NCBI GenBank assembly: GCA_003971905.1
Contig: RSEE01000023.1
Coordinates: 62,001 to 126,000 of the forward strand
Origin: Moniliella sp. 'wahieum'
Taxonomy: Eukaryota
Reading direction: 5' to 3'
DNA length: 64,000 bases
In this document: piece by piece, positions 40,901-53,544 of the stretch
How positions within the stretch are numbered: position 1 is the stretch's first letter
How the letters are laid out: each line of letters opens with the position of its first letter
The notes under the pieces: generated by a model
Database searches by the model: none
The model's input: the letters and a program-made list of their open reading frames with translations, nothing else
What the model was told of the DNA's origin: nothing
Translations under genes and position numbers: made by a program

Positions 40901-41451
40901 CCCGTTGTTCGGCTTAGGTCTTACTCAGTCCGCCGGCACAGTTGCGACAATCTGGCGTGCAAGTATGTCCCGTTGGCGCTGAGCGCATTAGCTCACTACT
41001 ACATGGACAGTTGCACCGCCAGTACTCCGCCCCAGTAAGAGTCAAACTTTTCAAGCCGTCAGACCTGAGGCTCAGGCCTCTCAGGCTGAGGTCTCAGGCC
41101 TCTCAGTCTTTGTTCTCACAACCTCTCAACGCACCATTCGACACCCAATTTAGTCTCGCTAACGTCCCATAAACCCCACGCGAGGGCCTGCCTTTAGAAC
41201 AATATCCCCAGGTCCGGTTGCCTCCGCAAGGGTCCCCGGCGGTCTCCAGCGGTCCGAGGGCTAGCCCTGGCCACACATGTCTCCGAGACCACAAAATGAC
41301 CTGCTTCTCTCTCTCCACCTATATGCAAGGGCGCCATATGCCGTCAGCATCCCCATTCTCTCGCCTCTGGTGCCACTCCTCATCTTGATTCCCATTTCGT
41401 CTCCTCTTCTCCTCTTTCCCAGTCCGGGCTCGACCCAGCGCATCATGTCTT
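37978..41451. repeat. Left arm of a ~3.47-kb inverted duplication
   Basis: Reverse complement of 43842-47311. Mirrored ORFs appear in the track (for example 40117-40398 + and 44889-45170 -). Confidence 0.97.
38138..40011 (-). CDS. MFS sugar porter (hexose-transporter-like), copy A, 3 introns
   Basis: FGYETG, GRLVSGYGIG, PVYQSELMPRQIRG, PESP, QQLCGGN, VEAWGRR and ETQGLTLEQVD. Confidence 0.93.
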
Positions 41452-44400
41452 TTCTCTAGAGCTCATTACTGGTGGCTTAAAACGCGTTTTGTAGGAAGCT
41501 CCGCGGAAGGAGCAGGGTGATGATGCCGAGTCGCACAAACCCGCCACACACGAGGCAACCACCAATGTATCAGCCACGCTCTGGTCCGCCCCCTAGCCAT
41601 GGCAAGTGGCCTGGGGCAACTCCCGAAGGAGCAGTAGGTAACTATATGCAGCCGTTGTGTTTTGGCCAGTAGGGAAACGAGGTCAATGTTTTTTTGCTTT
41701 TGAACATATACTGTTGCACACTGTGGCTGTTGTGAGTGCTGGCACTGTCCTTCTACTTAGAGGTTTGTTTCAGGCTTAGTCTGCGCCGCGCGTCCCAGTG
41801 CAGTGGCGCCTCCACCATTTGTTCCAATTGTAAGGCGCTCGTGTAGTAGACCGCTGTTGGGGCATTCCTGTGTTCTTCTCTACCCCCGCCACCTCTTCGC
41901 TCACCTCGCTACCTCGTTCTCGCTCATCTGCTTCTGGTAGCTCAGGCCGCGCCATCTGCCTGCCCTATAGTACGCCACTACAGTACCTTCCATCCGAAAA
42001 GAGAGGGAGAAGGTAATACACATAGTTGTACGGCATATCATCATTACAAAACGACTAGAGCCAATCCATTTTTGGAAAGTCCTATGCCCTCAGCACACAA
42101 TAACGCGATGCGGAAAATGAAGGTGAGGTTAACCCCCCCCCTATGAAAGGGGGGAATTGAGGCAAGAAGTGGCATCAATTGTTAAGGAGGGTAAACCGTT
42201 CCCCTTTAAGTGCGCTCCATTCGCCCTTGATGACCGATCGGCCACATGTGGGGGATTGTCTTTTGGACCGTAATTCATCCATGAGGTCAGGGCAGAACGA
42301 CAGACCATGTGACTACAGAGTTGCTTCTAGGCTAGCTGCGACTGTATATATATTATCCCAATGGCAGTCGGGCCGGCACAAAACAGCATAGGAAACACGA
42401 GTGTGGCAGGCACCCACTCCCGGTGGACAAACAATGCTTGCACCTCGTTCCGCCACAGGTTGTCTCATTGGTAACAAAGGTTCCTATTCGTGGCCGTATA
42501 TGCGTAGCCGAAGCGGATCAAGAGCCGATGAGACGAACAAGGAGATGGAAGAGCCGCGGCAGTAGGCAGGGAACTTGTCGTAGCACTTTCATCCCCTTTT
42601 TGGGTTGTCGTATAGGTTGTGTGGCTCTAGTAGCCGATCTCGGTGATATCGGTCGACGTGGAAGAAGTTCGTATTGCAGTGAATACACTGTCCGTTGCGA
42701 GCAATTCGAACGACTTCTCTCGCTGCTTGGATCCGTTTGTAGAAGACATGGGGTCGTGATCGACCCCAGTAGTTTGGCAATGATGGAGGCCTCTCTCAGT
42801 TGCTCGAGCAAAGCCATACATGCGAATCGTCCTCCATCATAGAGTCACAGGCGGATGAGAGAGTATTTGAGGAGGCATCTCCTGGTCTGCTCCCCGTCAT
42901 CCAAGAAGGGCCAATGTTTTACTTGTTGTTGGCCATCGGGTGGCTCGTGCTTTGGCCAATGTCCCTTCAGTTCTCCTCAGGCCTGGGAGTTCCGTTGTTT
43001 TCTCTCCTGTGCTTTTCCTTCTTCCGCAGCTTACCCCTGGGGGCGACTCGCTGCTTGATGTTCCTCTGTAGGCGTTGCAGAGGCTGGCTTAGACCACCAC
43101 CACCATCAGTGCGATTGCATCACCCCGAGTATCATCAGGACTCTAGGTCTCATCACATGTTGCTTAGGGAAGTGGAGCCGGGAAATGATCAGTTTCCTCC
43201 GAGCAAAAGCAGAGGCGGTCCCATTTCTGGGCCAGGGGAGCTCAGGCGGGAAACGCATTTAACGCTACTGCCAGGGAAAGACGGGACGAGATCGTGGAAC
43301 GAGATAGCAGAGTAGTGTGCATCAGTGAGGACAAACAAAATGATGGAGCTGGTTTTGCATGTGAGGCTGAGCGCCTTCTGTTGATCGCGTCGAACCAAAA
43401 TAGGGGTGAGAGGTGTAGACCAAAGTCGAGCTCTGTCACGGAGGGCTGGCACCGCCCGGGGGCCTGGGCTATTGTTGCGCGGATATGTGAAACTTTGGTC
43501 GTCGTACTGGCGGGCTTGCCAGCCATTACGAAGATCGGATTGAGTTGAATCTGATCGATGATCAGGGAGCGTGCTCTATTCTCTCGGGTAGAGCAGACGG
43601 GCCTCAGTTGAACGTTAAGATCGGATCAGAAAGGATCTGAGATCTGACCATTTAACCAACAAGGGAACGGGGTTAGGAAGGCGAAGGGCGCGCGTAGGCT
43701 CCGCCGTTATTGTCAGCCTGCCTTCGCCCGTGACAAATGCTCCAACATGAGCAGGCCAAGGCGAGAGAGCTGCAAGGATCCTGGCTTTCCAGCGACATAT
43801 TTTATCTCAAGTACAGTTAGGCAGTGTGGATCATGAGCGGGAAGACATGCGCTGGGTCGAGCCCGGACTGGGAAAGAGGAGAAGAGGAGACGAAATGGGA
43901 ATCAAGATGAGGAGTGGCACCAGAGGCGAGAGAATGGGGATGCTGACGGCATATGGCGCCCTTGCATATAGGTGGAGAGAGAGAAGCAGGTCATTTTTGT
44001 GGTCTCGGAGACATGTGTGGCCAGGGCTAGCCCTCGGACCGCTGGAGACCGCCGGGGACCCTTGCGGAGGCAACCGGACCTGGGGATATTGTTCTAAAGG
44101 CAGGCCCTCGCGTGGGGTTTATGGGACGTTAGCGAGACTAAATTGGGTGTCGAATGGTGCGTTGAGAGGTTGTGAGAACAAAGACTGAGAGGCCTGAGAC
44201 CTCAGCCTGAGAGGCCTGAGCCTCAGGTCTGACGGCTTGAAAAGTTTGACTCTTACTGGGGCGGAGTACTGGCGGTGCAACTGTCCATGTAGTAGTGAGC
44301 TAATGCGCTCAGCGCCAACGGACATACTTGCACGCCAGATTGTCGCAACTGTGCCGGCGGACTGAGTAAGACCTAAGCCGAACAACGGGCTACATAAGGA

Positions 44401-45079
44401 CACTGGTCAGACGGGAGGCGTGACAGAAGTGCGGCCGAGGCTATTATATCACTCACACTAGAAACATACGTACCGCCGGCAAGGTCCGGAAAGACCGCAG
44501 GCCGGCCTCAGGCCTCGTGCCTAGAGCCTATAGACATTTGATTACCTGAAACATGGCGGCTATATTGTGGGCAGAGGCAAGAGGCTTTGCGTGTCTGGGA
44601 CCTAGAGCATAATAGTGGGGCTCCCTGGGGCTCCGTATGGCTGTCCATAGTCCCCACATCTGCGCACTCGCATCGAAGTCGCAGTGCTGTCTGGGACGGC
44701 GTTTGTGGATACCTCTCGCAGAGGACAGCCTGCAATCGCAGGGAGGGCGCGCTGCATTAAGCATTTTGAACGTTGCGTACAGAGTGGAGGGGGGGGTTAC
44801 TGTTATGCGGTAGGCCTTAGGCCTTTGCCTTCTTCGCTCCTGATCGACTGATCGCCAGATCTCAGGCCTCACATGTCTCACAGGGGGATCAAGAGCCTGA
44901 GATGAATATGGAATGGTCATGATGCATGATGCAGGACCGCTGGTCAACTGATGGATGACCCTTGTGGCTGGCAAAAGTTCCCCCATGCAACGGTTGCAAT
45001 TGTTCCTGTACTGTTGTGCTTGTTCCTGCATTGGCTTCTTGGCGCCTAGTCTTCTCTCTTGTGTCATACATCTTTGGGG

Positions 45080-45087
45080 TATATAAC
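45080..45087 (+). promoter_or_regulatory. TATA-like box of transporter copy B (mirrored at ~40200-40207 for copy A)
   Basis: TATATAAC about 190 bp upstream of the ATG, followed by a CT-rich tract. Confidence 0.45.
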
Positions 45088-45274
45088 AGAGGACCACCGA
45101 CCCCATCGATTGTTCTTCTTGTCCACAACATCTCTCCTCCGTCTTCTCTCACCCAAAGTAACCAACCCACACCTACGGGCTACTATACCAGCCACACGCC
45201 CACCTCTTTGAGGTTCACACACTCCTACTCTTTCCGCACTCCTATTTCCTTACCACTACTTCTTCGGCTTCACC

Positions 45275-47151
45275 ATGAAACTCGGAGGCACTTCTATCGG
45301 CATTATGGTTCACTTGGTGACCCTGGTGACCATCGGTGCCGGTCTTAACGTATGTCCATGTCTCCCCCTCTTTCGTGTACCAAATGAAGAACATCCCATA
45401 CTGATCGCTGTTATTTTCATGACAACAGTTTGGCTATGAGACCGGTATTATGGCTGGTTTGTACCCCATGCAAGACTTCCAACGCCGCTTTGCTACGGGG
45501 GCGGTCACTTACCCCGACGGGAAGTATGAGAAGGCCTGGTCGCCTTGGCTCCAGGGCCTGATCACTGGTTTCATGTCGATCGGCTGTGGCATTGGCGCTC
45601 TTACGGGCAACATCTGGCAAAACCGCCTGGGCACAAAGTACAGTGTCCAGGTGTCAGCTCTGTGGATCATCATCGGTTGCATCATCAAGGTCGCCTCTGT
45701 CCACTCCTGGGTTCAATTTGGCATTGGCCGTTTGGTATCTGGCTACGGCATTGGCATGTCCTCCGCCCTTGCGCCTGTGTATCAATCCGAACTCATGCCC
45801 CGGCAAATCCGTGGTATGATGGGCGGTTTCTTCCAATTTGCGATTACCCTTGGCATTCTGTTGGCCTACGCCATTGCCATCGGTACGCGGTACGCTGGCA
45901 ACAACGACTCGGCATCGTGGCGAGTATTGGTTGCGATTGGCTTTGTGTTTGCCATGCTTCAGGGCGCAGTTGCGATGCTGACGCCCGAGTCACCCACCAT
46001 TAGCGCACAAAAAGGTCGGTACGATGAAGCGAAGAGGGCGATCGCCCAGATGCATGGTGTGAGCGTCGCGGACCAGGACCCACACGTCGAGTCGGAGTAC
46101 CAGGACCTGATCCAGCATATCGAGGAGGAAAAAGCTGCCAACGCCGCCGACGCAACGTGGGCTGACTGCTTCAAATTCGAAAACTCGACTTGCTTCCGGA
46201 CGTGCATGGGCATGGCGCTTCAGATGGGGCAGCAACTCTGTGGCGGCAACTGTACGTTACACTCCCACTTCCCAAGCGCTCCCTTCCTGACTCTTTTCTT
46301 CTCCCCAGATTTCTTCTTCTATGGCAACCAGGTATTTGCCAACGCCGGTCTCAAGGACTCGTACGTGACCCAAATCATTCTTGGTGCGGTCAACTTTGTC
46401 TGCACTGCCCCCGGTCTGTGGATGGTGGAAGCATGGGGTCGCCGCAACACGCTTTTCTATGGCGCGCTTGGATGCTCGCTGTGGCTGTTCGTCTTTGCCA
46501 TCGCGGGTGTGGCTGGTAACGAGAGCGGTATCATGGGCCAGCCCCACCTGTCCAAGGGAGTGGGTGACCTGATGACCGTTGCTGGCTGCTTCTTTGTCTT
46601 CTGCCTTGCTTGCACATGGTCTCCTGCTGTGTGGGTCTGGTGCGGCGAGAACTTTGGCGCGCGCACTCGTTCCAAGCAACGGCCCTTTCGACTGCCACCA
46701 ACTGGGCCTGGAACTTTGCTCTGGCATTCTTCACGCAGCCCATTACGGGCAATATTGGCTATGGTACGCATATTTCTCCTGATGTCTGTTGGGCTCTGGT
46801 TGTATCGATCCCGCGCTGACCTCTTTCATTCGCAGCCTACGGTTTCATCTTTGCTGCCTGGAACATTGTCAACGCTCTCCTCGTCTTCTTCTTCGTCCGG
46901 GAGACCCAGGGGCTTACTCTTGAGCAAGTCGACTTGATGTACCACGACCCGAGCTGCAAGCCCTGGAACAGCCGCACGTGGTGCCCTCCTGGCTTCACCT
47001 CGCGCCGTGCTTTGGTTAAGGGCGAGGTTGCCGCTCTCGTGACTGCGGCGGACATGGAGAAGATTGGAGAGGAGAAAGTGGAGGATGAAAGATGGCCGAA
47101 TCGTCTCTTGGCGATAAGACGCCGGAACCGTCTACTCCGGAAACGTACTAA
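45275..47151 (+). CDS. MFS sugar porter, copy B, 3 introns
   Basis: Same motifs as copy A. Starts MKLGGTSIGIMVHLVTLVTIGAGL; introns at about 45350-45428, 46252-46308 and 46763-46835. Confidence 0.93.
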
Positions 47152-47599
47152 AGCCCCATCTTCCCCCTCCTCAGATATACCACTTTTTCCCCCTCGAGGG
47201 ATGTCTATTGCACTCCCCTTTCACGTTACCCTGCTCTGTCTGCTCTGGCTTCACGACCTCACGTACTTCATCCCCCTTCCACCCGGATAACAAATTGACA
47301 TGTTCTGCACCACCACTCACTCTCCTGACTGTGCTGTGACCTGGAGGAGATGCTAGCTTCCCTATAGGCTGACCCCCCTGGCACGAATCCCGCTTCTAGT
47401 GTTTGGTAGTATTCCAGTATGGTCCATGCATATCCATGCTTCCAGTGTGTCGCGATGCCATCAGGAGCCTCGGTGATACAACAGCTGCGCTTCTGCTGAG
47501 AAGGGCTGAAGGGGGTCATTTTGCCTGGGGGCGAAAGGCGGCCCAAAACCCGGATCGCATGTGCACAGCCCACTTCCCCTGCTCTTCCGGGAAGACTAA

Positions 47600-49480
47600 C
47601 GTACTGTATGTTTTGGCCGGGTCCGAAGGGCCATCTGTTGAGCAGAGCAACCAGGTATTGACCACACCAAGTCCCGTATAAAAGCCGCCTCGAGGTTCAC
47701 AGTCTGAGAAGAAACTGAGAAGAAACGATGGGTTACGCGGTCCTGGATCATGATCCGGCATAGGGGAACGGTTCTTTCCACTGCTTGGTGCTCTGGATGG
47801 TTGGCGGGGGGGGCACCCATGCGTACCCAGTACTCGTTTGGCCATCGGAAATATCTATAGTAGTAGGGGAAAGGATATTTCGGTGGCGCGGCTGGACCAG
47901 AAGAAACAAGTACATAATACCCATGGGTGTGATCACGTTGGACGGGGGCTTGATCGTGACCTCATTCTTGCTGCTCACCGCGGAACGTGGTGTCTCCGTC
48001 AGCCAGAGAAAGGACCGCCCGTTAGTCAACAGATGACATATAGGAACGTTTTGTTGTCCGAGGTGAACAGCTGTGATTAGGCAAGGGGAAACAGCCATGG
48101 CGGAGTGAGAGTCCCGAAATGGATGAGAGTTCAGTGAGTCGGAGAAGAATATGCTTATATATTTTTCAAGTCAAGGAGGAACATAGGAGCGGGACGCTGT
48201 GATGGCAACGTCAATACACAACACCGCTGCGTACTGTCACGTCCACATCGCTCGACCTGTGCACATTCTGTTCAATCAGCATCCCTGCTCTGGACCAGCG
48301 CAGCATGAAGTTCAACTGGCACCAGTACAACTGAGATCACCATCCTCTTTTGAGCACCAGGCAAGGTTCCGAGTACATTCACTTTCTCGTGCGGAAGGGA
48401 GGCCTCCGGAACAAGAGACTGGCATCCTGTTGGGTGCTACCCGAGACGAATATGAAAATCATTTCGACCTCATTATGTGGCAGGAATTGTCAGGATCAGG
48501 CTGCCACGTTAACGGAAGACAATGGTACTACTTAGCCCCGGAAAGCGGGAAGGAGGGACCCGGATACGATTCAAGGACAGTATCGGGGTTAGTAGTCGTC
48601 TTGTTTTGCACATCCAGAAGGACCAACATTGAGGCCACTGCAGTGGACCGACACGTTCGCCATATAGTTCTCGCGGAGCCAGACAATAAAACGAGGTGGA
48701 ACCCAACCCGTGCGGATGAGGGGGAAAGCCAGGAAAGTGCTAAAAGTGGCTGCATAACCAGAATCAATAATACGCTCTGGCGTGGAACCTCCCGAGTCGA
48801 GAAAGGGATTCGAGATGCAGTATACCCATCCCTTTTTGTCTTCCAGAATGTCGGTAACTGTTGTCGACCAAGACGATACTGGCTGTGCCATCATGTTTGG
48901 GTGCATTGTGCAACAAGCGTTAGCACAACACCACCGTAATAATAAGTCACCCCGGCTGTCAGGATCAACTTGACAAGAGGACGGGGAGATGCCGGTAAAG
49001 CACAGTCTTGTTGGGCACCTCCAAGTAGACAAGAGCAATAATGTGGCCTGTTTTGAAGGGATGGGACGCGCCACTAGAGCAGGGGTAGAAGGAAGGGAGG
49101 TCACAATAGCCGCTCAGCACCTGCTAAGTTGCATCGATTCCTGTGCGAGAAGATCGGAAGAAATGAGATTGTCCCATCATGCGCCACATATGGGTCTGTC
49201 TTCCGCCTCAGCTTTATGGCGGCAGGACAGCTTCTGTGCCGGTGATGACGATGACCGTCGTTGGACTCGCCAACCTTGCTTTTCTGGAGCTCCAGTAATG
49301 AGATATGCCTTGTTTGAAGTATTGATGGTTAACGTCACTGATATACCTCTCCAGCGTGCGGATGCCCTTTTGCACCCTATACTACTTGTTACAACCCAAG
49401 TGCACTGGGCGAGCTTTTTGCCACATAGAATGACTCCGTCCTCAAGTGAGGCTAGGGAGGAGCATGTTGAGCTGTAAGTG
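47600..49480 (-). mobile_element. Possible highly degenerate non-LTR retrotransposon relic
   Basis: Stop-riddled minus-strand fragments HIIALVYLEVP, DSRGDLLLRWCCAN and RIIDSGY are endonuclease-like; MFLLDLKKY downstream resembles an RT motif. Weak. Confidence 0.25.
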
Positions 49481-50873
49481 GATCGTACGTTCGGCCAAAG
49501 TCCTTTCGGTCCCTCCCCAGAGGGGGTTTTCTGCTTCTACTGTACCAGTCTTCATTGGTTTCCGCACGCACAGGCCCATCAGTGGCATCTGACTGTTTGG
49601 TGTCCTTGTAGGCAGTGTCGTTGGTTTGCTTATAGGCCACCATGGCCGTTACTATGTAGTGAGAATGCATCACCCCTCTCGAAGAGAGTACTGCTATCAA
49701 AACTCATCAGAGGAGGGGCCGGGCAGCGAGATGAGAATTAATCGGCATTACGAACACAGGTATTTCAGCCCACAACACCTCAAAGTCGTCAGTTGATCAA
49801 GCTGAAGAATGAGCAGCCTGTCATATGCCAAGCCTCCCTTTCCATATGCTCATTTTTGCCTCTTGCCCTTCTCTTCATGTCTCCTGATGTTGTTCTGAAG
49901 ATGATGCAAAGCGACGGGCACAATTTGACCACATACGACGTCGCAGTGGAAAACTCTTTGTGAGGCCGATAAGTCATGTCCAGAGGACTGTTAAAGACCA
50001 GAGAGCAGGCAGTTGATAGTGTATTGCATTGCGCATGAGCTACAGAGGCTAGGTAATATATTCCTGCCCTCCAACACTGGGATGAGGGAATATTGGTAGA
50101 AATGAACGTATATGAACCCGGAGGTTCCGGGCTTGGGCTACCGGCGCCACTACACCAGTGTGGCGCGACAGAGACACTCCCCTGTCCCCCTTGTACGTTT
50201 GCTAGGGCATCGCATTACGAGAGGTTGCGGTGGGAGGTAAGAAGACAAAAAGCAACGCGAATATTGTGAGCGTTGATGAATCAGCCTGCTGCAGAGCCGC
50301 ACCGGCCACACGGGCGTCGCATGTCGGATGCACGTCACATGTCACGGGGGAATACCGAGCACTGACGCGTGACGCGCGGTGCATGATGGCCCCCCTTTCC
50401 TCCGATGTGTATCACGTGGTTGCTAGCTTTAAGGAGCGTGGTGCGTACTGCGTTGGGCTAGCCTGTGGGCGCCGGCTTGGGGGCAGCCTGGCGGAGCGTC
50501 ACGCGTCACGCGTCACGCCGGAATGCAGAGCCGTTTTCTGAAGAGAATCAGTTTTCCATAGTAGCGCTGCCAGCTGCCGTTCCAATTGCCTGATGCGGTC
50601 GAGTGCCTCGTGGCACAACAGAGCTGTGCAGAGCGACGACGCATGAGGCGGGCAGGAGGCCTGCGGCCAGTGGTTAATGATTAATGGCGCCAACGAGGGC
50701 CGAGGCGAGTAGAGCGGCTCACTCAACGCCAGCCGGCCGCCTTTCCCCCTCTCCTAGCCGCCCTCCCCGCATCGTCGCTGGTGTCCGACTGCCGGCTCTC
50801 CACGCGCCGCGCCGTCCCTGCTCTCCCGGCATCGCAACCCATCTGTCTGCTTCGCCCGTCCCGCCCTCGCCCC

Positions 50874-51664
50874 ATGCCGACGCCCGTGCCAAGGGGCGGC
50901 GATCCCCTGGCGCGCTCCCCTCAGGAGGAAGGCCTGCTGCACTCTTCGCCCCTGCGCCACCAGCTGGCCCATCGCCACTTCAGGGATGCAAATGATGATG
51001 AGGAGGAGGAAGAGGAGAGAGGGGTTCCCTTATCGTCCCCCGGGCTTCCACTTCCTCGTCTGCCTCCACTCGTCCGCCTCCACCTTTCCCGTCCCCCCAC
51101 TTCACTCGCACCACCCATGCCGAGGCAGAGGAAGAGCAAGTGGAGAGAGGGGAGGAGAACGACGAAGACGAGGAAGAGGAGGAGGCGCATGTACGTGCTA
51201 CGCTAGCCAAGTGGTCCGAAGCGGAAGGCGCGAAGGGACGAGTACGTCTCACGCATGCCACGGCGCGCAACCCATCGGAAGGCACCGATGCGCTTCAACG
51301 CGACCCGTTTACCGACCCACCTCTGCCGGCGCCTCCCCACCCTATTATCCTCCCCGGACGTGCTGCCCGTCTCCCATCTGCCCCCGCAACGCCCTCACCT
51401 GGCTCATCCCGCCCAAAAGGCAAGGACAGAGACCCTTTCGACGACCGTTACGCTCTCGCCCCACAGAACGAACCGTACCGCATTGGCAGCTATGGTGGAA
51501 GCCAGGCAGATCCCTACACCACCCTCTCCCATACCCCCAACGACTCTCGTATTCCCCTCGCTCAGGGTGAAGAGGAACGGCCAAGGTGGTGGACGGATCT
51601 GTTGTGTTGCACATGTGGGGGAGACGACGCCCCTCAAGCAGGCCATACCAACCCCTTAGAATGA
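50874..51664 (+). CDS. Hypothetical protein with C-terminal WWTDLLCCTC...QAGHTNPLE
   Basis: ORFs 50781-51206 and 51140-51664 join through a frameshift; acidic tracts and a Cys-rich terminus. Confidence 0.6.
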
Positions 51665-51893
51665 CCTATTTTGGCCTTCCTATTTGCTTCAACGTGCACG
51701 TTTGGGTCTCTGCTCTATAAACAGTGGGCAATCTACGAGAGAGGAGGGATAACTAGTTATGAGTCGTTTGGGGTTAGGCTCGACCACGAGAGAATGGAGG
51801 AAGGACTACACGAAAAAGGACTAGGAAAGTAACGGAAAGACACCGGCGCGGACGTCACGCCAAAGTAGGAGCCGGAGCTCGACCACAAAGGAC

Positions 51894-53544
51894 TTACTGA
51901 CGCCGCTGGCGGGTGTCAGATCGGAGTGTACGCCCAGACCTGCGCGTACTCGGGCCTGGATCGCCAGAAGGCTCGTCAAACTCGAATGAGGACCCAGACT
52001 CTGAAGAGAACTCAAAGTCATCATATTCCTCTGCCTGGGAAGGCGGGCCTGCCTGAGCAGAGGGGCCTGCCTGAGCAGAGGGGCCTGCTTGAGCCGAGGG
52101 CCTGCCTGAGCATAACGGCGCGCCTGGCCGCGACCAGATGAGGATGTATGGCCCGCGCTCGCGGGGCGGAGGACAATGGGGCACGCCGACCACGACCAGT
52201 AACGCCTGGGGGCTCAGTAGGAGTCGCTCGGCTCCACCGTGCGAGGAGGAGGAGGAAGAGGAGCAGGATGACGGGTGAAACACGCGCGGAGGCACATCTT
52301 GTCTTAACTCAGGCTCGCGGTCTGGCGGTATCGCTTGGGCCGCTTGTGGGGGTGCGGGGGGGTGCACAGGAGGCGCCGCTCCAGGAACCACCGGGGCATC
52401 AACCATACGCGGGGGCTCTGCACCCTCAATGCGAAGGGGTGCAGGAGGCGCCAACTGACGGTTGTTGTTGTCCCGCGGGGGGGATGTAAAATAATCCATG
52501 GCCGATACCCGTTCAAACAATATAACGGTCAAGGAACGTGGTCCTCGGCAAAGGTGGAGCCGGGGGCGGGGGAGGAGTCTCTCGTCGAGGGGACCGAGCC
52601 CTGGGGCCCCCACCATGTAACATTTGTCGGGCACGGCGCTTACGACGGGTCCGTCTGAAGCGAATGCGAAACTTGAGCCCTTGATTAACAAAGGCGTTAG
52701 AGAGGACGGTTGATTCGGCCATTCCGGGGAAAGTTTTGGAATGTATACATGGAAAGGGCCGGAGTCTCCGAAGCACAAAAGGAGGTGCGGGTGCCGACGA
52801 GCTCATAGAGAACGAATTTGAGGCGGTACCAGCCTTCGAGGCGGACTGAGATGTCGGAAAGACAAAGAAAGCCTGGCTCCCTCCATCCATCCCGTAGGGT
52901 GTACATGCTCGATACACAACTTCCGGTTGTGTACCTTCGGTGAAGGTCGGAATGACGTGGAGTTCGCGATCCTCGCCTGGAGCAACGAGCATGGCTATAG
53001 AAAGTAGTGGGGATTGTCCATATACCACGCGTGATCCTCCCATCCAAGGCCCACAGGCGTCTCGCATAGTTGACCACGTTCCATGAAAGGGTCCACATCC
53101 AACAATGCCGGGTGGGTTTCGTTATCGGTGTCAACATTGGCGGGGACGTTGGTAACAGGGCGCGGTGCGCAACAACGCGCAGCTGCACAATGGGGACAGG
53201 ATCGAGCGGGCGACGTTCAGTCCGTGGTCCTGACCGGACATGCGCGATCGTACAGGATTTTGACGGACGACGATTTGGTACTCGAGCTGATTCCGACCAG
53301 TGACGACCTGCGGTGCCGCCGCTAGGTGTAACCAGTGGCGGTTGTGCCAGGCGGGGGCCGAGGGCGGGAGCCCAAGCGGCAGCTTCGCCCCTCACTTCAC
53401 CCCCCGCTTCGCGGCCGCGTCGCCGCCCGTTTCTGCGTCAGGCTCATCACGGTTTCGGACAACCAACTTCAGGCTCTGCTCCTGGCTCTGCTCCTGGCTC
53501 TGCTCCAGCCGCGGCGTCTTCGGTTCCGCGTCGAGCTCGGTCAT
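51894..53544 (-). CDS. Velvet-domain regulator (VeA/VelB/VosA/VelC family), frameshifted
   Basis: Across frames: YQIVVRQNPVRSRMSG, ERRPLDPVPIVQL, GSCVSSMYTLRD, FFVFP/DISVRLEGWYRLKFVLYE, PFHVY, KTFPGMAESTVLSNAFVNQGLKFRIR, then the NLS-like RRTRRKRR. Confidence 0.9.
52042..52111 (-). repeat. 18-bp coding tandem repeat (PSAQAG) x3-4 in the velvet C-terminus
   Basis: GGGCCTGCCTGAGCAGAG-type units on the + strand. Confidence 0.85.

Larger units (their letters stand above)
43842..47311. repeat. Right arm of the ~3.47-kb inverted duplication
   Basis: Reverse complement of 37978-41451. Confidence 0.97.

Noticed and set aside
42133..42200. Polypurine tract followed by TG, as at an LTR start
   Set aside because: No second LTR copy, primer-binding site or gag/pol motifs were found.
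37978..47311. The inverted arms read as terminal inverted repeats of a giant transposon, or as a fold-back read artefact
   Set aside because: The arms consist of a host gene, and I saw no target-site duplication or transposase. The unique spacer and diverged edges argue against a fold-back chimera.
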